A DNA stretch of 61,431 nt, counting the filler, from Diploschistes diacapsis (lineage: Eukaryota), in NCBI GenBank assembly GCA_023645945.1. It is 5 parts of 5 records of this genome, joined end to end, with 100 filler letters (N's around TTAATTAATTAA, not from the genome) between each part and the next. Parts side by side here need not be neighbours in the genome. Positions count along the whole stretch, not along the records: positions 1 to 30,525 come from JALAIB010000126.1; 4 more parts are not named here. One strand, written 5' to 3'. The translations under genes and the position numbers were made by a program. The notes below the pieces were generated by a model, which saw only the letters and a program-made list of their open reading frames with translations, was not told the DNA's origin and did no database searches. Shown here piece after piece: positions 1 to 13,892 of the stretch. The stretch's first letter is position 1, and every line of letters starts with the position of its first letter.

Positions 1-1209
1 CACCCACCCCACCCACCTTTGCCATCAGAGCTCCGCTACTCACTCACCGCAACAGTGCCGGCAAGGAAAGCGCTTGGATGGCATCAGACCGCATCGCATA
101 GTGAAGTAGGTACCAGTGAAGTAGGTACCAGGCAGCTCCGCCACTTGTAGAGCAGTACCGTGTTTCCTCAGGCCTTATCTGGTCGAGGATCTGCGGGGCA
201 GCCTGACCTGTTGCGCAGAACTTGCAGTGATCGCTATACAGGCCCGAATAGAGAATGGCCATCTCCTCCTGCTGCATGGGCTCAATGGACCTGACAGCTC
301 AGAGTCTCGAAACAGGCGCAAAGCAGGCGCTACCGTCAATCGGAAGATCTCGAATCGGTGCCGCTGGAGGCAGATGCGGTGCCGCTACTTGCCCACAGAT
401 GCACATATGGGGGGGATTTTTCATGACCCATTCCCGTTGAGTATTCAAAGTATCTTCCCATATCACGGATGGCGTAAAATGTACCACCTGCATGTAGATA
501 TAGAAATTGACGGGACTGGATAAAGTAGGTAGGCCGTTGAACCGGTAGGAAACAGTTAGGAACGGGCCCCAAGGTGTGGAAGTTGGTTGTTGCATGGCTG
601 TTGCTAGCGGGCGTTCCACCCCCGGTTTTATGTACTATGTCGGTACTAGAGTTTTGTAGCTTCAACAACTGCACCGCAACTGCACCGGCACCCCGGGCCT
701 CCCAGTGGAATTATCATCCCACACATCGCCTACTGCTCCTTCTCCTCTCCTCGCTTCCTCTCTTCCTCTCTTCCTCTCCTCATAACAACAGCCTGCCTCC
801 CCTCTCACCCTCTTCTCCCTCCTCCTCAACCTCGCCCCTCTCCTTGAGTGATCTGTATTATGATTTAGCGCAGAGTGAGAGTTGTATTTGTACGATCGTT
901 TCATTCTGTTAGGTGTACCTTATTGCCGATTGATTGCTGTACGTTCCCGAGTCGGCGTGCGTGCGTTCGCAGGGCGAACCACTTGTCTAGTACGGATCAG
1001 TGTAAGAAACCACAGCACAGAGTGAGAAACCCCGGGGGCTGCGTTCAACAGTTGAATCTACCCAATTCAGTTGCTGTAAGTGATCGTTCCCAAACGACCG
1101 TTTACTATCCTCAATTCCGCCAATCACATGCCTTCAAATGATGAATTCGTCCTGGCGACTACTCCTTGCTTCGCTCATTTCAAACTGACTCGCTATGTCC
1201 TAGGGGAAC

Positions 1210-4200
1210 ATGGCCTCGACCAATTCACTCAGCAGCCGCCTCGAGGAGCTGCGATCCCGAAATCCTCAGTCTCCGCCAGGCGAGAGCATATACTCTGGCT
1301 ACTCTACACCAAACCGCTTTAGCGGCAGCTTCATACATTCGCATTCGCAATCCCTTGCTGCGGCTTCGAATGAGAACAGGGCTGGTCTGCAGCGTCGGTT
1401 TACTGCAGACTCAAACAACTTCCCTCCTCCCTTGTCTTCAACAGCCAACCCGCAAATGGCCAGTATGGAGGCCGTTGACATGACCGCTACTGTGAGTATC
1501 CTGCGCGCCATCTTCATAGACTTGGGAATGCTAATTTCTGTTCGCTCCATAGACGATGCATAAAGCTAGTGCCGTAAGCTTTACCCCCCAATTTTTGTAC
1601 ATCCCTTCGTCGATATCCTCTGACCCTTCCACAGCTAGATAAGAAGCGTGTGGAGCTTGAAAAATACCGTGAGCAGAAGAAGCGCATGGAGGAAGAACTC
1701 AAAAGGTTCAATGATATCCACGAATCACAAGAGGTGGAATATGCGCGCATGACAACCGATTTCCAGGGAATGAACTTCTCACCAGGCTACCAGAGCGAGC
1801 CAGCAACCCCACCAGAATACCGCGATCCAGGATCCTCCTCGATCTATGCGAACCGGAATCGATTCTCTTCTGCGAGCCTCACCTCACCTCCCGGCCTCAG
1901 TCAACATTTGAGTCGCTCTGGGTCACAGGTCACCTCACCACCAACCGAATCTTCCCACTCTCGCGAGTACGTGAACGGGGCAGACAAGCTTCCATCCAAG
2001 TCAGTTCCGGCCTCCCGACGTGGTTCTAGCGACAGATACTCCCAATACCTGCCAGATAGCGGTAACCTTGGTCAACGCGCAGTTACCAAGTACGTATGCT
2101 ATTTCATTTTGATGCTATGCAGCTCTGCCTGGTTTGGGCCTTCATGTTTTTCTCATTCCTATTCCTCACCTTTTATGAGAGTCGTGCTCGGAGAATAGGC
2201 TCACTTAGGTTTTTGATCGGCGTAACAGCCATAAAAATTTCTTCCGCCATACTAATCAAGTTTTTTTTCCCCCTATAGCAACCGTTACTCCATGCCTGTC
2301 TCGCTCTCTATGAGGCAGAAGCGCGAGTCTGCCCCAGACTTTGCCTCCTCAGTTGGTTTGAGCCACATCGATACTACAAGCATCCTTTTTGGCGACGACG
2401 ACGAAGGTCACAAAGACGCAACTACCTCACCTGATGTCAAGAGCTATCTTCAGGCGAATACGACGGAGGACAAGTTCCCAATCCTAGTCCGGAGCAACCA
2501 CAAGCCGGGAACGGTGAGTAGTGCTTCCCATGTAGCAAATCTGAATGCTAACGAACAGATGCAGCTTTCAGCTTCTTCTGCAGCTCTGGATCTGGCCAGT
2601 CTACAGTCGCCTGGCTCAGAAGGCAATGCGGAACCCAGGACTAATGGCTGGCCTGCGTTTTCTCGTCACCGCCATTCACAGCACAGTATGCCGCAGAACA
2701 ATCTGGAGGCTCAAAAGCTTGCGGATGGCCCTCTAGTCTCCCCGAGCGCATCTTCGCAAATATCGGTGGATACCGTCGTCGATTCGCCTAGCGCGGCCCG
2801 TCAAGTCAACCGTCATTCAATGGAGTCAACTTTGGCAAGCCTCGCCCAGAAGGGCGCCTTCGGGCATGTCTATGCTAACGGATCATCTTCGCGACCGAAT
2901 CTTGCGAGTCTTCAGTCGTCATATTCCACCAACGACATTCCAACCTTGAAAGGTTCGAATGGGAGCACAGGTGCCGGAGTTGTGTCTCCTACGGCGAACA
3001 ATCAGTCGTCATTCCACAAACACCAGGCGAGCATGGGTCGTGTCCCGGCTGCTGCAATGAACAAACGCCTGAGCCGCGACGCTACAAGCGCAGAAGGCCG
3101 CCAGGAGGATACACCTAATGGCGTCAAACAGTATCAGTCGGACCTTCAACCGAATGCTATCCCGTTCGGACCTGCAAGCACTGCGATATCCCCAATCGAT
3201 CAAAGCGTCCTACTTACTTCGCCAGGCCTTCAGCAATTCAACAGCCCCGCATTCTACGCTGGATACGGCATGTCAATGCTGAACATGGGCATAAATCCAA
3301 TGCAAATAGGGACTGTCTCCCCCTACAGCAACGCAATGCACTACTACCAAGCTCAGAATCCCTACGGGTCCTTTGCAACCTACAATGGTGCCGGGCGCGG
3401 TCAAGACAGTCAAACCAGAGTTGTTCAGCAGAGGCGTATACAGAATGCTGAAGGTAAGTTTCGAGAATTCCTTATGCAGCTTGTGCTTACCCATATGCAG
3501 ATGTCGATCGCTTCTCAAATGCGAAGATTGACCAGTACAAGGGGGAGATCCACTCGCTCTGCAAGGATCAGCATGGATGTCGCTACCTACAAAAGCAACT
3601 CGAGACGCGCAATCCAGAGACCGTGCAGCTCATCTTCTTTGAAACCTCGCCATATGTCGTGGAGTTGATGACTGATCCGTTTGGCAACTATCTCTGCCAG
3701 AAGCTTTTGGAACATTCAAACGATGCTCAGCGCACCGTTCTCGTCAACAACGCGGCACCCTCGATGGTTCAAATAGCTCTCAACCAACACGGTACCAGAG
3801 CCTTGCAAAAGATGATCGAGTTCCTCTCAACTTCGGAGCAGATCCACACAGTCATTCACGCCTTGAAAGACAAGGTTGTGGAGCTTATCCAGGACTTGAA
3901 CGGGAACCACGTTATCCAGAAGTGCCTCAATCGTCTAATCCCCGAAGATGCCCAATTCATCTTCAACGCTGTTGGGAAGAATTGCGTCGTGGTGGGCACC
4001 CACCGACATGGATGCTGCGTCCTCCAGCGTTGTATTGATCATGCATCTGGCCAACAGAAGGCCGATCTTATTTCACAAATCACGGAGAACGCCTATCAGC
4101 TCGTGCAGGACCCTTTTGGCAACTACGTTCTGCAGTACATAGTGGATCTTAACGAACTTATGTTTACCAACCCTCTTTGCTATCAATTCCAGACCCGCGT

Positions 4201-4813
4201 CGTGGAGTTGTCCAAGCACAAGTTCAGCTCCAACGTCATTGAGAAATGCATTCGCCATGCTGAGCCATCCATCAGTACAATGATGGTCGACGAAATGCTT
4301 CGCGCGAACGAGCTCGAGAAGATGCTTCGCGATTCTTACGCCAACTATGTCGTTCAGACTGCATTGGACCATGCTGAGATGGACACTCGGACCCGCCTTA
4401 TCAATGCTATTCGTCCCATCATGCCTTCAATTCGTCACACCCCTCATGGTCGTCGCATTCAGTCAAAAATCATGGCATCTGAGGGCTCCAGTCTCGTGGG
4501 ATCCCCCGTCGAGTCGCCTATGCCGCAGCACGCCTCGACGGTACATGGAATGAATGGGGCTCATGGTCATTTTAGTGGAGCCAACCGCCCTAACGGTTTC
4601 TATGGCCCCCATAACCAAAATTCTTATCCCACAAACGTGATGTCTACCCAGCAAGGCTTCCCGCAAGGGCCTTACCCCAGCATATACAATGCACGGCGTC
4701 AAAGCAACGGCATGGGCGGACATCCTTTCAGCCCGGTCAACGGTCAGAACATTACTCAACCGGCGTTACCATACAACCGAGCTCCACAGGCGACGGGTTA
4801 CAACTTCTTCTAA
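1210..4813 (+). CDS. Pumilio/PUF RNA-binding protein, Puf4/Mpt5 type (multi-exon)
   Basis: C-terminal PUF repeats: CKDQHGCRYLQK, DPFGNYLCQK, NQHGTRALQK, DLNGNHVIQK, HRHGCCVLQR, DPFGNYVLQY, HKFSSNVIEK, DSYANYVVQT. Long low-complexity N-terminus. GT-AG introns at about 1492-1552, 1574-1634, 2090-2278, 2514-2564 and 3453-3500, with a 21-nt micro-exon at 1553-1573. Confidence 0.93.
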
Positions 4814-6256
4814 AGCCTGCAGTAAGATCGTTACTCTTCACGCATACCCATGACCACGCCCTTGACGAACCCTTGTTATATGATCCCTTTACCACACTGG
4901 GCTCGCTTTCACATGTTGGGCATCACGAATTCACGACTGTTACAGGTACCACTGGATCTCATCACTATGAACATATACCGTTACATATAATTGCTTCTGA
5001 CCTGGTGTCATCCGGTCTGATATTCGGGCATCCTGATGGAGACCCTGTACGGCGGCAGCATATGGCGTTGGATATGTCTTGTCTGTTTCTGGATTGACAT
5101 GAACAGCATCATAGCTCGCCGCTATTTCAACCTGAATCTCTTGTATAAGAGGCTAGCCTTGACGTTCGCTTATAACACCTCGTCGCGTTGATTTCCTCGT
5201 TCGCTATACCTTACCATGACTCCCGTCTCGGATCCTCGGGACAAGCCTACTTCGAAGGAGATGCGCACGAAGTCGTGTACTCCATTCTCAGCCATGAAGA
5301 CAGCAAAAGATATAGTACAGAGAGGAAACCTTCTCCCCGCTTCCATTCGAGCAAGACAGGTCAGAAGTCTAAAGTGAACGCACTATATCGGGACTCTTGA
5401 AACGAATGAAATCCCACTACGGCCAAAAACTCCTCCATCATCTCAATCGATTTCTTGACATGCATGTTAGCCCATCGCATACATCATCATTTTCACATTC
5501 TAAACCCACCCAGCATTTGAAGCACCCAACGAGAGCATTGGGATCAGAAGCGGCTGCATTAGCAGCAATCGAGGCTCCAGCATTGGCTGGCAGGCAATGC
5601 AGGCCGGAAGGGTAGACGAGATTCTCGGTTTCAGGTAGTCCTCTCTACCTGTAGGTAGACAACAAGTAGGCATCGAGGCCAGCTCGATGGGTTCTGAGCT
5701 TCTTCTGCGCAGAACCCTTGCCGTCAAAAACCACAAGAATCAAGCCATCAACTACTGAAAGCTAAATGATGATGATGATGATGATGATTCTTTAATGCGC
5801 GTGCTCTGCTGAAATATGTCAATCTTTTCATTTTCTACCTGCATACTGTCTTTGCTACCCGTTAGCCCAAGTAAGCCCTATCTGGCCATGGCTTGAAAAA
5901 ATGCCTGCATGCTTCAACTGTCCGCTCTCTCTCTCTCTGTCTCTCCCTCTCTCGCTCTTCAGCTCATTTTGTGCAACCTAGATCCTTCGCCATATGCATG
6001 TCCGTAAACAGACCTCGCAAGGCGTGCATCGACTATCCATCCGATATCGACAATGTCTCCCAGATGTGGTTCCGTTCGTAGAAGGTAGTATAGTATGCTC
6101 CTAGGCAGAGAGTATCAATACTATGGCGCCTTTGAATCCGAGGAGGAATCGAGAGTCAAAAGTAGTTCACTATGGAAACCACTATCCCATTCCCCCCTCT
6201 CATCCGCACTGCTCAAACCAAAGTACTACCATCCTCCCAAACAGACATAACTGACA

Positions 6257-8021
6257 TCAATAGCCTCCTCCCCCACCACCACCAACCTCGCCGCTCAACC
6301 TCTCCAGATGGCCCTCGGCCAGCTCGCTCCTCAACGCATCCCTCTTGCTCTCCCTCTCCAGCCTCTCCCACTCCCTCAACCCGGCCCGCTTTGCCCGCTG
6401 CTTCTCCTCGATCATGCCCTCCAATCTCCTCTTCTCGTCCTCGATCTGCGCTAGCTTCCGCTCGTGCTCTGAGTCCATCAGACTTGGCAGCTTCTTCCCA
6501 CCCTCAATGATGGGCGGAATGCTCGAGAGATGCGAAGCGGGACCGGTGTTGAAGCGTTGCGTGCGCGGGTAGGTGGTGGACGTGCTGTTGTTGCTACCTC
6601 TGAACGGGGGAGGAGGGCCGGAGCTAGGTGGGCCGGCAGGGGAGCGGTCGGACCAACGAGGGACAGAAGGCGTGGACCAGCGGGGTTGCGAGGGGGTCGA
6701 AGCTTCATATGAAATGCCGGTGCTGCTGCCGCGTGGACCGGTTGGAACGGAAGGTGGGGAACGTCTAGTGGCTTGACCTGGGGGACGGCCGCCACGGGAG
6801 GACGGAAATTCGCGGTAAGTGTCGCGGTAGGGTGCCGGATTGCCATTGCGGGGGCGAGATGGTGGCATTGAGGACGGGCCGCTTGGTGAGGGGCGCGAAT
6901 AGTTGGGGACTGGCTCACCTCGATAGGATGGACCGGTAGGAGGGCCATCACGGATTTGATTGTCATAGCGGGAAGAACTTGGGCCGGTCGGAGGGGCGCG
7001 GAGTTCGGCATCATAAGCTGGACCGACGGATCGCGAATAGAAGGTGGAAGATTGAGGTTCTCTTGGTGGTGACCTGTCCCGGTGGATTGATTCTTTCATA
7101 GGTGGTGCGTAGTCGCGAGGTGGTGGAGTTCTGTCACGGTATGATAGAGCCTCACGCTCTGGTTCTGGTGATTGTGGTGGAGGCGATCTTGCTCTACGAG
7201 GAGGTGGCGAAGGGTCGCGTGGGTAGTACTGAGGTGGTGGTGACCTTCGGTCTGAGTATGGCTCAGGTGACCTCTGCCTTAATCGATCCGGGTGAACTGG
7301 TGGCGACGCACGCCGCGAAAGAGGCCTAGACGAAGGACTGGCATTACCAGAAGTATGAGTGGATCGACGTGGTGGGCTTCTAACCCTCTCCCCTGGCCTG
7401 TAATTGTTCTCGCGAGGAAACCTTCTGGGTTCCTCCCTTGGGAGATAATCACGCCGATCGAACCCGTCTCTATCGTCAGCGTATCTGCTGGACTTTGGAG
7501 GTGGTGAACGAGCCCTATAAGTTGATTGTAGCGAAGGCTCCCTTCTTCTTGGGCGAAGTGGAGATCTATCACGCTCAAAGGGTGACCTTGAGCGCCGACG
7601 TGGAGGGGATCTTGGACGTTCGTAGTGTTCCCTTGTGGGTGATCTTAGTCTTGGTCGGTAGGTGTCATCTTCCCGAGCTCTTGTCACCGGACTACGAGAG
7701 CGACGCCGGGGTGAGCGGCTTCGCACACGATCGTCAGCTCTTCCTCTAATAGCATACCCTCCGTCATAGGGAGGGGTGCGGCCTCTGCGAGCAGGCAGGG
7801 GAGAACGTGGAAGGTTGCGAAAATTTGAAGAACGTGGAGGCGGCGAGCGCGCTGATCTCTCAGATGGCCGATACGCTTCAGCTCCATAAGAACGACCGCG
7901 ATCCTCAAACCTGGAATGGTTGCAGTTAGCAAACCTACTTTGTTGCAGTGAAGCCAAAACACAGAGCAAAAGCTTTTAAAATGGTTGAATACACAAACCT
8001 TCTACCACGGTCTCTATCCAT
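6257..8021 (-). CDS. Arg/Ser/Pro-rich disordered protein with C-terminal coiled coil (possibly Lge1-like)
   Basis: ATG at 8021 (MDRDRGRR), then an intron at about 7909-7998, then a long ORF rich in RSRSP/RSPP repeats. Ends in a heptad-like helix KLAQIEDEKRRLEGMIEEKQRAKRAGLREWERLERESKRDALRSELAEGHLERL. Confidence 0.75.
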
Positions 8022-8427
8022 GCCTACTGATTAGTCCGTGAAATAAATTGGTGTTTGAGTAAGTAGCATCGATCATGCTGGTGGATGTTTCAGTGTCGGT
8101 GCAAAGGAAATTCAAATTATAAGCAAAACGTTCATCCAAAATGTGAAGCTTTAAATTCAAGATGCACTAACCGCATTTGGACAGCTGTGGGAAAATGGCC
8201 CAGCCTTGCCGTTTGAAGGTTATCATGATAGATGCGCGGGCGCAAATTGTAGGCAAAAGACAGACGGTCGGGCTTAGAAAGCTGATAACACCGACGATCC
8301 GATTCTTCGAGGCTAGGATATGACCAAGTCTTTCATAGAGTCCATGTAGTACGCGATCAGGTTCATGCAGAGCTTCGCTGGGGTATCTTTGGGTCTTTAA
8401 TCTATCTTGTCAACGATGACCGTCTTC

Positions 8428-10198
8428 TCATCCTCGTCGCGTCCTTCTTTCTTCGTCCCTCTTCTGCCTCTTACGAGACTCCTCGGCTATCATGTCGCTT
8501 AGATCCTCTTGAAAGCCCCATTGACCCTGCTCCTGCTGTCTCTGAGCTTCGTACAGCCTTTTTACGTCGTCTCTATTCATGCCATCGTTGGCTTGTAAAG
8601 CATCTGGGTCCATAGCTACGTCAACATCTCCAGGTTTCTTACGTTTCCTTCCCTGTTCCTCTTGCCCTAGTACTGGTAGATTGGGTGTCTGCTGGGTTGC
8701 TTTCAAGTCATAGGCCTTATCACCACCAAAGAAACCTTGTGACCTAATCTGCTGCTCCGGCAGTACTTGGTAGGCAGACCTTGGGTGTGGACTCTCTTCT
8801 GTGTCCGTGCCTCTTCTCTGCTTTCGCAAGTCAAATTCTCCCGCCATGCTCTCAGCTCCACCGAATTCAGATGGAACTGCAGATGCCATTCCACTGGGAG
8901 TTTCTAGTCCACTTGGTGTCTGAAGTCCCGCGCCTACATCCTCCTGATCTTCATCCTCCTCGTCCTCTTCTTCCTCTGATTCTTCCTCAGGCTCTTGTAG
9001 CTCCCCCCACAGAGTCTTCTCAACAGGCTCGCCCAATTGCTGGTTCTGTTGTGTCTGTAAAACTCCAAAGACATCGCCACCGTACAGAGGACGATTATAC
9101 TCGTCTAGTGGGGGCTTGCCGTAACCGCCTGGATGAAAGCCCCACGAGGCGCCCGGTGGGGGGGGCGCGTTCAGACCTGGAATCTTCAGAGCAGGGTACG
9201 ATGGAGGGGGGCCGAAGCGTTGCTGATTGATTAGCCACGGCGGCGGGGCGCCTGGCGGTATGCTCAGAGCATCTTTTAATTCCTCGCTTAGCTCACCAGG
9301 CCGCAGATGCTTCAGGTTAGTTTCATACTCTTTGCCCTCGTAGTAAACCTCGCCATAACGTGTCAGCTCCGGTTTGGTCTGGAACCTGAAAAAAGCTTCG
9401 TATAGTTTCTGATAGTCAATGTCAAGCTTTCCCATCTTCGGCTGTACCCTTTCTCTTTGTTTCTGCTTCAAAGTGGCGTTTTCTTGCTTCTCGAGAACAG
9501 CGTCACGCATTTCCGCGATGCCCGTGTCCTGGATAAATTTTGGTAGTGCAAAGGCAGCTTTCTCGATACCCCGCTTGGAGGAAAGATACTCACGCTTCAG
9601 AGACCAATGCATTGGCACTGGAACTACATTTCTGTAGGCTTTGATGTGGACAAGTAACCGAGGATCTGAAGCTGATGTGTCTGTCCAATCCACTGTCTCG
9701 GGCTTCTTTACTAGGGATTTCAACTCTGCAATGGAAAGCTTGTTCAGCTCTTTCCGCTTTTTCTTTGACAGCTTTGGCTCGCCTTGTTCTTCGACCTCTT
9801 CATCTGGAATATCCGCATCTTCGTCGTAATAGACCTCCGGTTTCTCTGCTTCTTTAATCGATGGGTCTTCCTTATCCGCTTGCTCGAACTTTTCCATGAT
9901 GCCCTTGTACATTTCATACAGGGGATCATCCTCGGTCATATTATCGAAGTCGATCTCCCCATCCAAGACAATAGGCGCTGTTGTATCGTCATTTTTTGGT
10001 TGGCGCTCGGGCTCCGGCCTGATCTCTACCTGCGGCTGTTCTTCCTCAGATTCATGTGGCACTGGAGTTTCAGAAGCCTACATAAATGAGTGACCGAGCG
10101 AATCTTTACATCAACGCAGAGTGACTTACTCGAGCTTTTTCCGCCTTCTTCTTGGCTCTTCGAAGCTGATTTTTAGTAGGCCTAACTGCTGACGCCAT
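8428..10198 (-). CDS. CUS1: Splicing factor 3B subunit 2 (SF3B2/SAP145/Cus1)
   Basis: Motifs NVVPVPMHWSLKREYLSSKRGIEK, QRERVQPKMGKLDIDYQKLYEAFFRFQTKP and the PSP region PPPWLINQQRFGPPPSYPALKIPGLNAP. Exon 1 encodes MASAVRPTKNQLRRAKKK; intron 10078-10129. Confidence 0.95.
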
Positions 10199-10909
10199 CT
10201 TTGATGAACACGACCTATGGAAGAGAAAAGGGTGCGAAAGACACAGCCCGAAGTTGATTATGGTAGTCAACTGCACAAGGATAAAGTTTCGAGGTGGTGT
10301 AGCTGCTCGATTTTCTGGCCTTCACGCTAGTCTCGAAAGCGTTAGCACAAGAACTTCCTACGACGTACTAGTGAAGCCTCTATACTGCTTCTTGAACGAC
10401 TCTTTGGTTCTCTTCAGGCCCGTGATTCTAATCGAAGCAGCTTTAAAGGCTTGAGTGAGATATCCAAATTCTCAGCTTGCTGGTCGTGTCTTGTTACCTA
10501 CACCTTGCTTGCTTATCGTCCTATTTGATTAACGTGTGATATAAAGCGCCAGTTCAGTACCGCGAAGCCACATAGCCAAGAGACCAATAATACTGCATTG
10601 TGCCAGTATTGAACTAAACTGGATGTATATAAGTGAGACCACAAACAGATCAGGATACCTCAGGGGCATTACCCCTTTGCCGCTGGTCATGCAAGAGACA
10701 TGCACAAGTCAACAGGCTTTACTCGGGCAGACACGACTGGTACATAGAGGTCTATAGATATGGGCACATAGATGTGTAAAGGGATCATGTGGTCGCCTGA
10801 TATAGCCCTATTAAAGAGTTCGACCTATTCACTAGAGCATAGCTCTGGTTAATTACCTGGACGCCGGCGCTATGCTGGGAATCAAAATGCTAAAGGCACA
10901 AAGTAAGGT

Positions 10910-11404
10910 CTAAGCACCAGCCACTGCAGGCGCTTTCTTCTTCTTGTTGAATTTCTTTGATTCTGTCCATGCTGTCAGACAATAGCGAAATCTCTGGTTG
11001 CATATGACATACCCGCTGCGCTTGACTTCTTCTTCGGGGCACCTTTTCCCCTTCGTTTTATGCTGCGATTGGTGAGAACAGCCCCAACATCAAAAATAGA
11101 AGGGCCATTAACTCACGCTGCGAGTTTTTCGAAACGCTCCATCTCATCTTCATCCAAGACAGTACATTCTGGAAATGCTCTCTGAACATCCTTAATATTA
11201 ACAACCTTTCGAGGGTAGTAGGCAGCGAGCGTTGGTCCCTTCAATCTCTGTCGTAAAATCTTATTGCCTAGACGTAGCCGTTCCGGGTTGTAGGTTGTCG
11301 AAAAGATACGACACTGTGTCTGCAAAAGTCAGTCTAGTAGACGATAGCAAAGAAATTGTGCGCACCTTGATGAGATCCAATATCCTCGAGCGTGGAACAG
11401 ACAT
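10910..11404 (-). CDS. RSM27: Mitochondrial small-subunit ribosomal protein mS33 (Rsm27)
   Basis: Four exons splice to MSVPRSRILDLIK-TQCRIFSTTYNPERLRLGNKILRQRLKGPTLAAYYP...KRRGKGAPKKK-ESKKFNKKKKAPAVAGA*. The IF...NP...R.G.KILRQRLKGP and RGKGAPKK motifs are typical of the family. Confidence 0.9.
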
Positions 11405-11994
11405 TGTGGTGAAATGAGGAGCGCAGGATATCGCAGTTTAGTATTAGGAATTTACCAACATGATGGGGCACAACGCGGTAAAGGTACTCTATCACTTATT
11501 GGGTATAGCGCGCGGGTCACATATAATCCGGCACTCTACAATGCCAGATCTCCAACATTTGATCAAACCAACCCAGAGTTAAGCGCAACTCCGAAATCAT
11601 GATCAGATGCCATGGTATAACCATTCGCACTATGAACAGTAATACCTGATCTAGATGAGGGCCCCAGGATACTGAAGTTTGGTTAGTGACTTTATGAGTA
11701 GCCTGTGGTCATGAGAGAAAGGAAGATAGATTGGACGGATGAGCTACGCAAAGCTCGGAGGATGTCCTGGATGTATATACACAGCTGCGTCCTGTTCATA
11801 GTATGAGATCTTTATGATGGTCTGTTGCTATCGGCTGCCTAGTTTGGCGTATCCCCCAGTGTGGCACTGATGTCCCAATATGCGTGCTCATGACAGCGTG
11901 GCACAGTCAGTTGGCTCGTAGATTTTCTTTATCTTGTTCCGGTTGTTACCTCTCCACCTTTTGTTCTCTTCTCTTATCCCTACAGTGAGAAACC

Positions 11995-13803
11995 ATGTAT
12001 AACCTTACCATTGAACCATCTCAAGCTTTGCAGCGGCAGTTCCCAATTTCTTCATTAACTACATCTAACAAGACGTTTGAGTACGGGCATCTGGAGTTTA
12101 GAAGAGAAGAATACGAGCAAGCCTGCGTTTATTATAGCATTATTCATGTCTTGAAATACTTCCCGATAGCATTCTTGATATACCTTATAGGCCTATGTTC
12201 TTACAGACTCTTTATTTCTCCCCTTCGGACCATTCCCGGTCCAGTCTTTGCTCGGCTCTCGATCGTTTGGCAGCTATGGCATGAAATGGGCAACAAGTAC
12301 GGGTTGAGTATATCGGAAACCCACAAGAAATACGGTACGAGTCCTCATAGATTGTCATAACAGAAAGCATTGACGCTGACATCGATAGGGCCATTCGTCC
12401 GAATCAGCCATGAAGAAGTCTCTGTTTGCCATCCTGAGGCAATCTCAAATATATTGCTCAAGCCACTCGACAAGCACAACTGGTATAAGATCTTCGCCAT
12501 GCCAGATAGCTCTTGGCCTAATCAAATGAATCAAACGAGTGCTAAGAAGTTTGCCATTACGCAAAAAAAGATTGCCAAAGGATATATGTTATCCAACGTG
12601 CTCAAGGCGGAAGCCGATTTTGACGAGACTATCCGCCGCTTCGAAAACTGTATTGATAGCTTGGCTGAGGCTGGCGAACCTATACAGCTTGATGCGTGGT
12701 TTACTTACTTCGCGTTTGACCTGGTGGGCCAAGCCACCTTCTCAAAGCCTTTCGGATTTCTTGAGCAGGGGCAAGACGTTAAAAATTGTATTGCCACTTC
12801 ACATGCGCTCATACCATATCTCACGGTGATGGCGCATTTCCCTCAATATCATGACTTTCTGATGCTGAACCCGTTGACCAAGTGGCTTAACTTTCAGCCG
12901 ATGAAGCATGTTATGGACACAACGACCCGGGCAGTGATAGAACGCGAGCAGTCATTGGTGTCCGGGAGCGATATGATGGAACACTGGAAGTCCCAGAAAG
13001 CTGGAGACCCTTTAACGCGGAGAGAGCTGTTGGCTACTGCTAACGCTAATGTTGCAGCTGGTGCGGACACAGTCGGAACTCAGATGCAGTCTTTCGTTTA
13101 TCTGATGCTACGACATCCAGAATGTTTACGAAGACTTCGGACGGAGCTCGACGAGGCTTTGCTCAAAAACAAGATATCGTCTCCAGTATCATATAATGCG
13201 TCCCAAGGTCTACAGTATTTTCAAGCTTGTGTAAGTGGGCCACCTCCTTCGTAATAGTTCACAGTACTAACAGTATGTTTAGCTCAAAGAAGTATATCGC
13301 CTGCATCCCACTTCTTTCAGTTCCATACCCCGAGTCGCTCCTAAAGAAGGTGTTAGGATAGGTGATCATATTTTCCCATATGGTGTAATGCATCCCGCTC
13401 TTTCTTTGTTTAGGCTGACATTTCGCATAGACTGTTGTCAGTGTGAATCCCTGGGCGATTCATAGAGATCCTTTAATTTGGGGGAAAGACGCCTCAATTT
13501 TTAAGCCAGATCGCTGGCTAGAGAACGATGGCAGAGCGCGGGAGCGAAACCTAATAAGCGTAAGGATAAGTCGCATCTCAGATTTATAATACTAAGGATT
13601 GCCATCAACAGTTTGGTGCTGGCTATATGCAATGCCCGGGCAAGCAGCTCGCACATGTGCAGCTATCAAAACTGCTCTCGACCTTGGTTCTGGACTACCA
13701 TTTAGAACTGGCAGACGCAAATAAAGAATGGCGCATTGCGAAGGCCTCATTTGTTGCAAGACCCTACGGTTGGGCTGTTAAGGCTAAGCGACGCAATACT
13801 TAG
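11995..13803 (+). CDS. Cytochrome P450 monooxygenase (5 exons)
   Basis: N-terminal TM helix and PLRTIPGP, I-helix AAGADT, ExxR (KEVYR), FKPDRW, heme motif FGAGYMQCPGKQLA. Introns at about 12335-12388, 13231-13281, 13384-13430 and 13560-13611; TAG at 13801-13803. Confidence 0.93.
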
Positions 13804-13892
13804 CTAATAGACTGTGTTGCGGCTAGATTTGAAGCAACCTGGTCTCAAGGCGCTTCATGCAAAAATGTTTTATAGAAGTAAGCCCTGGTGCT

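Noticed and set aside
4814..5400. PUF autoregulatory UGUA elements in the Pumilio 3' UTR
   Set aside because: TGTA cores occur (e.g. TGTATAAGA), but none matches a full Puf4/Puf5 consensus; chance level.
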